A stretch of DNA of 64,000 nt from an uncultured Bacteroides sp. GTDB lineage: Bacteria; Bacteroidota; Bacteroidia; Bacteroidales; Bacteroidaceae. Below the pieces are notes generated by a model. That model saw only the letters and a program-made list of their open reading frames with translations. It ran no database searches and was not told where the DNA came from. A program made the translations under genes and the position numbers. Location: positions 9,818-73,817 of the forward strand of contig NZ_CAJTSC010000010.1 of NCBI RefSeq assembly GCF_910578895.1, read 5' to 3'. Shown piece after piece: positions 18,831 through 26,712 of the stretch; position 1 is the stretch's first letter; every line of letters begins with the position of its first letter.

Positions 18831-18916
18831 TCTCTTCTATATATAAAAGTAATCTTTTCCATATATAAAGGTAATTTCCTCTATATATAAAAGCAATCTC
18901 TTCTATATATAATAAT
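18829..18916. repeat. 22-bp tandem repeat x4 (AATCTCTTCTATATATAAAAGN)
   Basis: Four units start inside the pepD stop codon. Confidence 0.8.
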
Positions 18917-18921
18917 GTGAA

Positions 18922-18951
18922 AGCAGGGTGCCGGTGCGCCCTGCTTTTTTT
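18922..18951 (+). terminator. Intrinsic terminator of pepD
   Basis: Stem agcagggtg / cgccctgct followed by seven T. Confidence 0.75.
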
Positions 18952-19115
18952 GTTGCTGCCGCTCTTCCCGCTTCGGGCGGCAGGGATTGCCGGGTGCTGC
19001 CCCGCTTTGCCCTCTCTTGCCCCTGTGGTCTGGCAGAAAATTGATGTAGGTCAAGAAATATGCTGTAAAACATGTTTTTTAGGGCAAAAATGCTTCCGTT
19101 CTTGAACAAAGGCTC

Positions 19116-19123
19116 TATTTTTG
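19116..19123 (+). promoter_or_regulatory. Candidate -7 box (TATTTTTG) upstream of the small-ORF cluster
   Basis: Matches TAnnTTTG, but I found no well-spaced TTTG -33 box. Confidence 0.3.
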
Positions 19124-19146
19124 TGTTGTAAAACATATAAATGATT

Positions 19147-19197
19147 AGGATAACAGGTTATTTTTAAGGATAACAAGATTGATTTAGGAGGATAACA
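19147..19197 (+). promoter_or_regulatory. Three direct AGGATAACA repeats in the leader of the small-ORF cluster
   Basis: Copies lie at 19147-19155, 19167-19175 and 19189-19197, spaced 20 and 22 nt apart. The third copy overlaps an AGGAGG motif at 19186-19191. Confidence 0.5.
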
Positions 19198-19199
19198 AA

Positions 19200-19274
19200 A
19201 TGAAAAAGTTGAGAAAATTGTTCAGACATTTCGGCGAGGCCGATAAGAACATCTGGGGTTATGTAATGCTTTGA
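19200..19274 (+). CDS. Small ORF 1 (24 aa) MKKLRKLFRHFGEADKNIWGYVML
   Basis: ATG lies 8 nt after AGGAGG. It is a weak paralogue of small ORFs 2 and 3 and is below the ORF-track cutoff. Confidence 0.4.
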   Translation: MKKLRKLFRHFGEADKNIWGYVML

Positions 19275-19295
19275 GCATGCAGCCCCATTGCAAGA

Positions 19296-19329
19296 GCCTG
19301 TTTAAATCTTCTTCAAGATTAAAGCAGGC
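19296..19329. repeat. Minimal family-2 hairpin (termini only)
   Basis: The sequence gcctgtttaaatctt-cttc-aagattaaagcaggc resembles the two family-2 termini joined head to head. Confidence 0.55.
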
Positions 19330-19379
19330 ACTAAGAGAGAGAGATTGTTTTTTTAAGTATCAGTTTAATTTTTAAGGTT

Positions 19380-19472
19380 ATGAAAAGAAAGATTATGAAT
19401 TCATTCAGACGTATTCTCGCAGAGGTAGGTCGTAATGAGATGTTGATGATGGGATATACCATCAAGAAGTAA
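19380..19472 (+). CDS. Small ORF 2 (30 aa) MKRKIMNSFRRILAEVGRNEMLMMGYTIKK
   Basis: About 40% identical to small ORF 3. Conserved residues show synonymous codon differences (tca/tcc, ttc/ttt, ctc/ctt, gca/gcc). Confidence 0.5.
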   Translation: MKRKIMNSFRRILAEVGRNEMLMMGYTIKK

Positions 19473-19502
19473 GAAAGAGAAGTTTTCAGGGTATTAGTTC
19501 AG

Positions 19503-19673
19503 AGTCAGTTTGAATTTTCTTCAGAAAGTATTTTTCAGCTTCTTTTGAGCCTCTTTCCGGTCTGTTTTTCCTCTTTTTATTCGTTGCATAGCCCGCTATG
19601 CTCCTCATGAAAATAGAAAAACATCCTCGGAAAGAATTCTCGAAACAATGCCGGACAAAATTTAAACAGGCTC
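19503..19673. repeat. Family-2 MITE-like element (GCCTGTTTRAATTTT termini)
   Basis: Left end gtcagtttgaattttcttcag and right end aaaatttaaacaggctc are inverted copies. The conserved core is cggtctgtttttcctctttttattcgt-catagcccgctatgctcctcatgaaaa. Confidence 0.7.
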
Positions 19674-19689
19674 TTAATTGTTTAAGATT

Positions 19690-19785
19690 ATGGGAAAAAA
19701 GATTGTAACTTCCTTTAAAAGCATTCTTGCCAAAGCCGGTGAGAATTGGATTGAGGCAATGAAGTATTATAACTACCCGAGATAA
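19690..19785 (+). CDS. Small ORF 3 (31 aa) MGKKIVTSFKSILAKAGENWIEAMKYYNYPR
   Basis: Paralogue of small ORF 2. A strong terminator follows 25 nt downstream. Confidence 0.5.
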   Translation: MGKKIVTSFKSILAKAGENWIEAMKYYNYPR

Positions 19786-19810
19786 GGGTGGCAATTGGTA
19801 AAAGACGGAA

Positions 19811-19843
19811 GGGTACATCGCATTCGGGCGGTGTACCCTTTTT
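19811..19843 (+). terminator. Intrinsic terminator closing the small-ORF cluster
   Basis: Stem gggtaca / tgtaccc followed by ttttt. Confidence 0.7.
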
Positions 19844-19871
19844 GCTTGTCCGGCGGCACTTTGTCCGGCGT

Positions 19872-20060
19872 CACGGCTTTTTCATTTGCAGGAGTTGGAG
19901 GAGTTAAAAGGAGGCATCGCTCTCCGAGCTGAGGAGCCAAAGCCGATACTTCTGTAACAATGCCATACACAAGCGTATCGGCTCCAACTCCTTTAACGAA
20001 CTCCTGACGAAGCGATGCGAAGGGATAACTCCTCTAACTCCCCTAAATGTAAAAGCCGTA
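19872..20060. repeat. Family-1 palindromic element
   Basis: Left terminus cacggctttttcatttgcaggagttggagg, central hairpin gccgatacttctgtaacaatgccatacacaagcgtatcggc and right terminus cccctaaatgtaaaagccgta. Confidence 0.75.
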
Positions 20061-20184
20061 ATCGGCATATAATTCTCTTTGATTTCGCTAACTGCCGCTA
20101 ACTCCCGATAGCTCCCGTAGATGAAGCCGTGATGTTTTTTCTATATTTTTCTGAAAATCCGATACAATGTAGCTGTTAATTTGT

Positions 20185-20192
20185 TATTTTTG
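20185..20192 (+). promoter_or_regulatory. Candidate -7 box (TATTTTTG) for the A2M gene
   Basis: Matches TAnnTTTG about 70 nt upstream of the ATG. I saw no clear -33 box. Confidence 0.3.
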
Positions 20193-20260
20193 TTTTTAGC
20201 CCCCGATGGCTTGGGGGTACAGATGCTTTCCCATAAAAACAAAAACCAATAATAATAAGA

Positions 20261-23200
20261 ATGGCTATGAAGAAATTCCAAAGATTTTGCACTTTGTTTC
20301 TGCCGATGCTCGTGATGTGCTTTTCTACCTTGTACGCCCAGTCCTACAACAGCCTGTGGCGGCAGGTGGAGCAAGCCGAAAAGAAAGGTTTGCCGCAGAC
20401 CGTAGTGAAGCTGGCGGAAGAAATCTGCCGTAAGGCAGAGCGGGAGAAGAACGCCCCGCAGTTGCTCAAGGCATACTTCTGCCGGGACGCCTATCAGGAA
20501 AAGTTGACGCCGGACAGCCTCTACACCCACCTGCCGAACCTGGAGCGTTGGGCAAAAGAGGAGCAGGACACGGTGAGCAGGGCTATCCTGCACTCCCTGC
20601 TTGCCCGCAAGTATGCGGATTATATGCGTTACAATTGGAAAACACTCTCGCAAGCTCCGGCTTTGGACATGGACGAGGCTCCTGCCGATATCCGTGAGTG
20701 GAGCTACAACCTTTTCGCTGCCAAGATAGACGGGCACTGCCTTGCTTCGTTGCGCGACGCCCGCCGTTTGCTCGAAGTCTCTTCCCGGGAGTACGCGCCT
20801 TTTGTGGTGCAAAAGGACGGAAGCCGTTTCTACGGGCACGATATGTATCACCTGCTGGCACGCCGGGCGATAAATACCTATCTTCCGCTGCATGACGGCA
20901 GGATAGATTCGTTGCGCCGTGTACGCATCGACGGCATCTATAGGAACATGATTGACGCTTACCGGCACCGTGCCGGAGCGGAAGACGCCGTGGTGCTGGC
21001 AACGCTCGATTATTGGAATTGGAAGAAAGACGAAGGCGTAAGCAGGGAACCGGACGCTACTTATATGGAGCGGAAAGCGCAGTTCGACAAGGAATATCTC
21101 GAGGCGTTGGACGGTCTGATACGTGAGTACGGCGCACGCGAAATCTGTGCGGAAGTCTACATCTGCAAGGCAAACCGGCTTCACGACATGGGGGAAACCC
21201 GTGCGGACGAGGTTTTGCAGGTGTGCGATGAGGGAGTGAGACGCTATCCTGCCTGTAAGCGCGCCAATGAATTGCGCAACATACGGGAAAGGCTCCTGCT
21301 TCCTTACCTGGGTGTTGATGTCGGGGAGAGTGTTTATCCCGGCGATTCGCTGAGGCTGAGCATGAGCTATCGCAACCTGAAAGGCTATACGCTGAACCTG
21401 TATCGCACGGATTTGCCCGAGGTGCCCTGGATGGATGCCGAAATAGACAAGGCTTTCTACCGGAAGCATGCCCGTAAATTGTCCTCAACCCATTTCGACC
21501 TTGACTATCCGGCTGATAAAGACGGAAAGCCCGCAAACGTAGGGAGCATTGTGCGGCATAAGGTTATGAAAATAAGCGGTGTTGATAGCACAGGTGTCTA
21601 TATCTTGCAAGTTGTGCCGGATGCTGCGGAAGCCCATACGGCAGAGCAGTTTCTTGTTTCCACCCGCTTCAAGGTGCTGACGCTGTCGTTGCCGGATGAC
21701 AATATGGAACTGGTCGTGGTAGACGGCCGTAGCGGACACCCCGTTCCCGATGCGGAGGTCTGTTTCTACTCCACTTACAGAGAAAATGAACGTAGTTTGG
21801 TGCAAAACGTCGTTACTGATGCCGATGGCAAAGCCGTTGTGAAGTTGAATAAGTTTATCAGCAGTTATGCGGTACGCAAGGGGACGGATATCGCCATGAC
21901 GCCCCAACGGGTTTATTGGGATAACTATTACGAACGCGGCGATTCGCGTCCGAAAGAGCGTGTCACCCTGTTGACAGACCGCTCCGTGTATCGTCCCGGT
22001 CAGACCGTCTACGTCAAAGGCATTTCTTACTTGCAGAAAGCCGACAAGGCGCACGTCCTGGCAAGAAAGGAGTACCGGGTCCGCCTGCTGGATGTGAACA
22101 GGAAAGAGCTGCTGCGGAAAACAGTCACTGCCAACGAATTCGGCTCTTTCACCACGGAACTGCCGCTGCCCGCCGCCTGCCTGAAAGGCAGCTATACGGT
22201 GGAGGTGGAAGACAAGGCTTCCGTCTCCGTGCGGGTGGAGGAGTATAAGCGCCCCACTTTCGAGATTATCTTTAATCCCGTGAAACAGGCTTACTCCCTG
22301 GGAGATACGGTGGTGGTCACCGGAAAAGTCAAGGCATACAACGGCATGGCGGTTCAGGATGTGCCGTTGGCATACACCGTTATCCGCTATCCCTATAATA
22401 TATATGTGGACGGAGACCTCGTGCCGTTCTCTTCGGACACGGTAAGGCTGGATGCGGAAGGCAACTTCTCCATTCCTGTTTTCCTGAAGCCGGGCAATGT
22501 TTCGGATGATATACGCTGGGACCGGCTCGCTTATCATGTGGAAGCGACGGTGACCGATGAGGCAGGCGAAACGCAAACCGAACGGTATAAACTGTATGCC
22601 GGCCGTCGGGCATGCTTCTTTAGTGTGACCGGCATGGACGGGCCTTTGTGCAAGGAAAATGCCATCACGGCGGAACTGATAGTGACGAACGGCAACGATG
22701 AGACGTTGCCCGTAAAGGGAACATGCCGCCTGTACTCCGTCATCGATGCCAAAACGAAAAGGATGTCGGACAGCCCCGTTTATGAGGGCACCTTCATGTC
22801 GGGCGAGACGAAAGACTTCGCTGTATGGAAGCAGTTGCCGTCGGGAGAGTACCGCCTTGTCCTGTCAGCATCGGGCGATGACGGCAGGAAAACCGGCGAC
22901 GACGGCAAGAAAACCGGTAGTGGTAAAGATACGATAGACATTGTGTTGTTCTCCTTGGCAGACCCGCGTCCGGTTGTGTTCTCGGAGACTTTCCTTTATA
23001 AAAAGAACGTGGAGTTCGATGCCGGTCATCCGGCAGAGTTCTATTTCGGTACCTCCGTGAAAGATGCCTACGTCCTGGTGGACGTCTTCGGAAGCAAAGG
23101 CAGGCTGGAGAGCGGCGCGATATTGTTGAGCGACTCGATTGTCCGTATGGAATATCCTTATCGGGAGGAGTATGGAGAGGGCGTTTCCGTACAGTTCACC

Positions 23201-26098
23201 TTTGTAAAGAACGGCGAGCGGTCCGGCTGTCGGGTGGAGCTGCGGAAACGCTTGCCCCGGCGGACGCTGGATATGAAGTGGGAAGTCTTTCGCGACCGCC
23301 TGCGTCCGGGGCAGGAGGAAGAGTGGAAGCTGGTGGTCAAGACCCCGCAAGGCCATCCTGCCGCAGCCGAGGTGCTGGCAATGATGTACGATGCTTCATT
23401 GGACAGGATTTGTAAGCACAACCAGTCGTTGGGTGTGTATTACTACCCGTATATTCCGCATTACAACTGGCATCTTGGCTACAACGCCACACGGCATTGT
23501 GCCCCTCACTTCCCCATGAAGTCGTGGGAAGTGCCCGTTTGGCGGTTCGATCATCTTTGGTCTTCTTACTATAATGGAGTGGACGAAGCCCTGTATGGCA
23601 GGCCCAGAGCCACTCTGACCGGGTCTGTAAATGGAATGATGGTAAAGAGGTCGGCGGCTGCCAAAGGGGGTCAGATAGAATATGTCTCGATGGCGGATGA
23701 AGAAGAGCCGGAAGAACATAGCCTGTACGAGACGATAATACCCCCGCCCTCGGAGCAGATATTGCCGCCTATGGCGGAACTGCGTACCGACTTTTCCGAA
23801 ACGGCTTTCTTCTACCCGCAGTTGCGCACCAACGCGCAGGGAGAGGTGGCTTTCTCCTTCACCATGCCGCAAAGCCTGACGCGCTGGAATTTCCGCGGCT
23901 ATTCCCACACCAAGGAGATGATGACGGGGATGCTCCATGCCACTGCCGTCACCGCCAAGGAGTTTATGCTCACTCCGAACATGCCGCGCTTTGTGCGGGT
24001 AGGCGATAAGACGCAGATTGCCGCCGGCATCGCCAACCTGTCGGACAAAGCCGTGAAAGGCACAGCCGTGTTCACCCTCTTCGACCCGATGACGGAGAAG
24101 GTTATCTCCGTGCAACGCCGTAAATTCTCGGTGGAAGCCGGAAAGAGGGCGACGGTCGTTTTCCCGTTCGATGTAACGGACCGTTGCGACCTGCTTGGCG
24201 TCCGCATGGTGGCGGACGGCGGCGCATTCAGCGACGGCGAGCAGCACCTGTTGCCTGTGCTGGGCAACAAAGAGTACATCACCGAGGCGATTGCCATGCC
24301 CGTGCGTGGCGAGGAGGCCCGCACTTTCTCCTTGGAAAGGCTGTTCAACGGCAACAGCCGCACGGCAACCGACCGCCGCCTGACAGTGGAGTTCACAGGC
24401 AATCCGGCATGGTATGCCGTGCAAGCCCTGCCCGCCCTGAGCCAATCCGTTGCGGATAATGCAATTTCACGCGCTGCCGCCTTCTATGCCAACAGCCTGG
24501 CAGGCCATATCGCCGATAGCCGGCCGCGCATCAAGGCGGTGTTCGACAACTGGCGTTCGTCGGGCGGCACCAAAGAGACTTTCCTCAGCCAACTGGAGAA
24601 GAACCAGGATGTGAAGAATATCCTCTTGGACAACTCCCCCTGGCTGCTCGAAGCTACCACCGAGGCGGAACGGCACCAGCGCATCGCCACCTTGTTCGAT
24701 GTAAATCAATTGAATTACCGTAATATGGAATCCCTGCTCAAACTGAAAGAGTTGCAGGGCGAAGACGGTGCTTGGAGCTGGTTCGGTGGCATGTCCGGCA
24801 GCCGTTACGTCACAAGCTATGTCACAAGGCTGCTTGTCCGCCTGTCCCTGCTCACGGGCAAGGCGTTGCCGGAAGAGGCGGAGGCGATGAAAGGCAAGGC
24901 ATTCGGCTATCTCAACAAGCAAGCATTCGAAGAATACCGTCTCCTTCGCAAGGCGGAGAAGAACGGAGCCAAGGTTGCCGGCGTGTCGGGTGCCGCTATG
25001 GACTATCTGTATTTGGTGACCCTCGCTTCGGAAAAGCTTTCCGGTGAGTATGCAAAGGCATTCGATTATTTTCTTGGCAAGTTGGGGCATAACCCTGCGA
25101 ACGGCACGATGGTTGGCAAGGCGCAGACCGCCGCTATCTTGCAGAGAGTGGGGCGCAAGGCGGCAGCGGACCAATTGATGGCCTCTGTCAAAGAACATCT
25201 GGTGCAGACGGACGAGATGGGAGCGCATTTCGCTTTCCATGACGGTCCGTACAACTGGGGCATGCTTCCGGTGCCCGCCCACGTGGCCGTGATGGAAGCC
25301 CTGCGCGAGGCGGGCGGCAACGATGCTTTGGTGGAAGAGATGAAACTCTGGCTGCTGAAACAGAAGCAGGCTACAAGCTGGAACTCTCCGGTTGCCACCG
25401 CCGATGCTGTTTACGCCCTGCTGTGCCAAGGCGACAACCTGCTGGAGAGCCAAGGAGATGTCCGCATCACGCTAGGCAGCAAGGTGTTGGAGACCGGTTC
25501 TCCGGCACAGGCCGCCATGCCGGGATTGGGCTATGTCAGGGAAACCTTTGCACAAGGCGCTCCCGAACTGAAAGCAACGTCCGTCACCGTAGAGAAGCGG
25601 GATGCGGGCATCGCGTGGGGAGCCGTCTATGCGCAATACCTGTCGCCCCTGTCCGATGTGAAGCAGCAGGGCGGCGGGCTGAATATCGAGAAGAGACTCT
25701 TCGTAGAGCGTATCTCCGCCAACGGGCAGAAGTCCCTGCAACCCTTGACGGATGCCGGTCCGCTCTCCGTAGGCGATAAGGTCATTGCCCGGCTGACTCT
25801 CCGTCTGGACCGCGCCATGGACTTTATCCAGCTGAAAGACCAACGCGGGGCATGCTTCGAACCGATAGGATCGCTTTCCGGCTATCGCTGGAGCAACGGG
25901 TTCGGGTTCTACGTGGAAGTGGAAGATACCGGCGCCAACTTCTTCTTCGACCACCTGGGCAAAGGTGTCTATGTATTGGAACACAGCTACCGCGTGGCTC
26001 GCGGCGGCACGTACGAAACCGGGCTTGCCACCGTGCAGTGCGCTTATGCACCCGAATATGCTTCGCATACTGCGGGCGGAACGGTTGTAATCCGGTAG
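20261..26098 (+). CDS. Alpha-2-macroglobulin family protein (giant, no thioester)
   Basis: 1945 aa with a signal peptide (MAMKKFQRFCTLFLPMLVMCFSTLYAQS), MG-domain-like repeats and a helical TED-like region. The C-terminus is receptor-domain-like (IQLKDQRGACFEP). The usual CGEQ site reads SDGEQ at 24230-24244. Confidence 0.85.
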   Translation: MAMKKFQRFCTLFLPMLVMCFSTLYAQSYNSLWRQVEQAEKKGLPQTVVKLAEEICRKAEREKNAPQLLKAYFCRDAYQEKLTPDSLYTHLPNLERWAKEEQDTVSRAILHSLLARKYADYMRYNWKTLSQAPALDMDEAPADIREWSYNLFAAKIDGHCLASLRDARRLLEVSSREYAPFVVQKDGSRFYGHDMYHLLARRAINTYLPLHDGRIDSLRRVRIDGIYRNMIDAYRHRAGAEDAVVLATLDYWNWKKDEGVSREPDATYMERKAQFDKEYLEALDGLIREYGAREICAEVYICKANRLHDMGETRADEVLQVCDEGVRRYPACKRANELRNIRERLLLPYLGVDVGESVYPGDSLRLSMSYRNLKGYTLNLYRTDLPEVPWMDAEIDKAFYRKHARKLSSTHFDLDYPADKDGKPANVGSIVRHKVMKISGVDSTGVYILQVVPDAAEAHTAEQFLVSTRFKVLTLSLPDDNMELVVVDGRSGHPVPDAEVCFYSTYRENERSLVQNVVTDADGKAVVKLNKFISSYAVRKGTDIAMTPQRVYWDNYYERGDSRPKERVTLLTDRSVYRPGQTVYVKGISYLQKADKAHVLARKEYRVRLLDVNRKELLRKTVTANEFGSFTTELPLPAACLKGSYTVEVEDKASVSVRVEEYKRPTFEIIFNPVKQAYSLGDTVVVTGKVKAYNGMAVQDVPLAYTVIRYPYNIYVDGDLVPFSSDTVRLDAEGNFSIPVFLKPGNVSDDIRWDRLAYHVEATVTDEAGETQTERYKLYAGRRACFFSVTGMDGPLCKENAITAELIVTNGNDETLPVKGTCRLYSVIDAKTKRMSDSPVYEGTFMSGETKDFAVWKQLPSGEYRLVLSASGDDGRKTGDDGKKTGSGKDTIDIVLFSLADPRPVVFSETFLYKKNVEFDAGHPAEFYFGTSVKDAYVLVDVFGSKGRLESGAILLSDSIVRMEYPYREEYGEGVSVQFTFVKNGERSGCRVELRKRLPRRTLDMKWEVFRDRLRPGQEEEWKLVVKTPQGHPAAAEVLAMMYDASLDRICKHNQSLGVYYYPYIPHYNWHLGYNATRHCAPHFPMKSWEVPVWRFDHLWSSYYNGVDEALYGRPRATLTGSVNGMMVKRSAAAKGGQIEYVSMADEEEPEEHSLYETIIPPPSEQILPPMAELRTDFSETAFFYPQLRTNAQGEVAFSFTMPQSLTRWNFRGYSHTKEMMTGMLHATAVTAKEFMLTPNMPRFVRVGDKTQIAAGIANLSDKAVKGTAVFTLFDPMTEKVISVQRRKFSVEAGKRATVVFPFDVTDRCDLLGVRMVADGGAFSDGEQHLLPVLGNKEYITEAIAMPVRGEEARTFSLERLFNGNSRTATDRRLTVEFTGNPAWYAVQALPALSQSVADNAISRAAAFYANSLAGHIADSRPRIKAVFDNWRSSGGTKETFLSQLEKNQDVKNILLDNSPWLLEATTEAERHQRIATLFDVNQLNYRNMESLLKLKELQGEDGAWSWFGGMSGSRYVTSYVTRLLVRLSLLTGKALPEEAEAMKGKAFGYLNKQAFEEYRLLRKAEKNGAKVAGVSGAAMDYLYLVTLASEKLSGEYAKAFDYFLGKLGHNPANGTMVGKAQTAAILQRVGRKAAADQLMASVKEHLVQTDEMGAHFAFHDGPYNWGMLPVPAHVAVMEALREAGGNDALVEEMKLWLLKQKQATSWNSPVATADAVYALLCQGDNLLESQGDVRITLGSKVLETGSPAQAAMPGLGYVRETFAQGAPELKATSVTVEKRDAGIAWGAVYAQYLSPLSDVKQQGGGLNIEKRLFVERISANGQKSLQPLTDAGPLSVGDKVIARLTLRLDRAMDFIQLKDQRGACFEPIGSLSGYRWSNGFGFYVEVEDTGANFFFDHLGKGVYVLEHSYRVARGGTYETGLATVQCAYAPEYASHTAGGTVVIR

Positions 26099-26116
26099 GC
26101 GGCTTGCATTGCAAGG

Positions 26117-26255
26117 TTGTCTCATTTAAGGGAGTTGAAGGAGTTATCGGGAATTAAAGGAGTTATATGCCGGTAGTATCGCCATACATCGACAGGGCTA
26201 TCGGCTTCTGACTCCTCAGCCCGAAGGGTGCTCCTGTAAATGAAAAAGTTGTGTG
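26117..26255. repeat. Family-1 palindromic element (diverged copy)
   Basis: Left terminus ctcatttaagggagttgaaggagtt and right terminus ctcctgtaaatgaaaaagttgtg. Confidence 0.6.
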
Positions 26256-26267
26256 TGGGACATATAG

Positions 26268-26369
26268 ATGCGTCGCGAGAGACATATAGATGTATCGTGT
26301 GGGATATATAGATCCGTCAGGTGGGATATATATGTCCCACACGATACATCTATACATCCCTCGCGACGC
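26268..26369. repeat. Long imperfect hairpin (about 36-bp arms) built from GGGAYATATAGATG repeats
   Basis: The left arm gcgtcgcgagagacatatagatgtatcgtgtggga pairs with the right arm tcccacacgatacatctatacatccctcgcgacgc. Confidence 0.75.
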
Positions 26370-26387
26370 CCTTTATTTTTAAACGGT

Positions 26388-26529
26388 TATCCGTATAACT
26401 CCCCGATTGGCATGGCATTGCCGCAGCTTGCATGAAAAAGCCGCGGCAGTGCCATGCTTACAGTTAATAGATTGGCATTGATTTCCTATGTGCATGGCAG
26501 TAGGCTAATCGGAGAGTTATGCGGATGAT
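26388..26529. repeat. Nested palindrome
   Basis: Outer arms are ttatccgtataactccccgatt and aatcggagagttatgcggatga. Inner arms are gcatggcattgccgc and gcggcagtgccatgc. Confidence 0.75.
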
Positions 26530-26634
26530 TTTCTCTTTTTATTCGTCACATAGCCCGCACTATGCTCTTCATAAAACAGAAAAACATTCCCAAAGAGAAC
26601 TCTCAAGATAATACTGAACAAAATTTAAACAGAC
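26530..26634. repeat. Family-2 element, right half only
   Basis: It carries the core ttctctttttattcgtcacatagcccgcactatgctcttcataaaacagaaaaaca and the right terminus aaaatttaaacagaccc. There is no left terminus. Confidence 0.65.
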
Positions 26635-26712
26635 CCTAAAAAACGGAAAGAAAACCTGTGTATCTCGCTTAAAAACTTTACATTTGCCACAACTAATTTA
26701 GAAACAATATAA

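Noticed and set aside
26163-26357. ORFs inside palindromic repeats: 26163..26357, 26625..27005, 15136..15642, 14589..15101, 58175..58511 and 59399..59755.
   Set aside because: Their translations simply mirror the DNA repeats (for example YIYMS/IYIPP or SNSFNSSNS), and they lie in hairpin-forming intergenic DNA.
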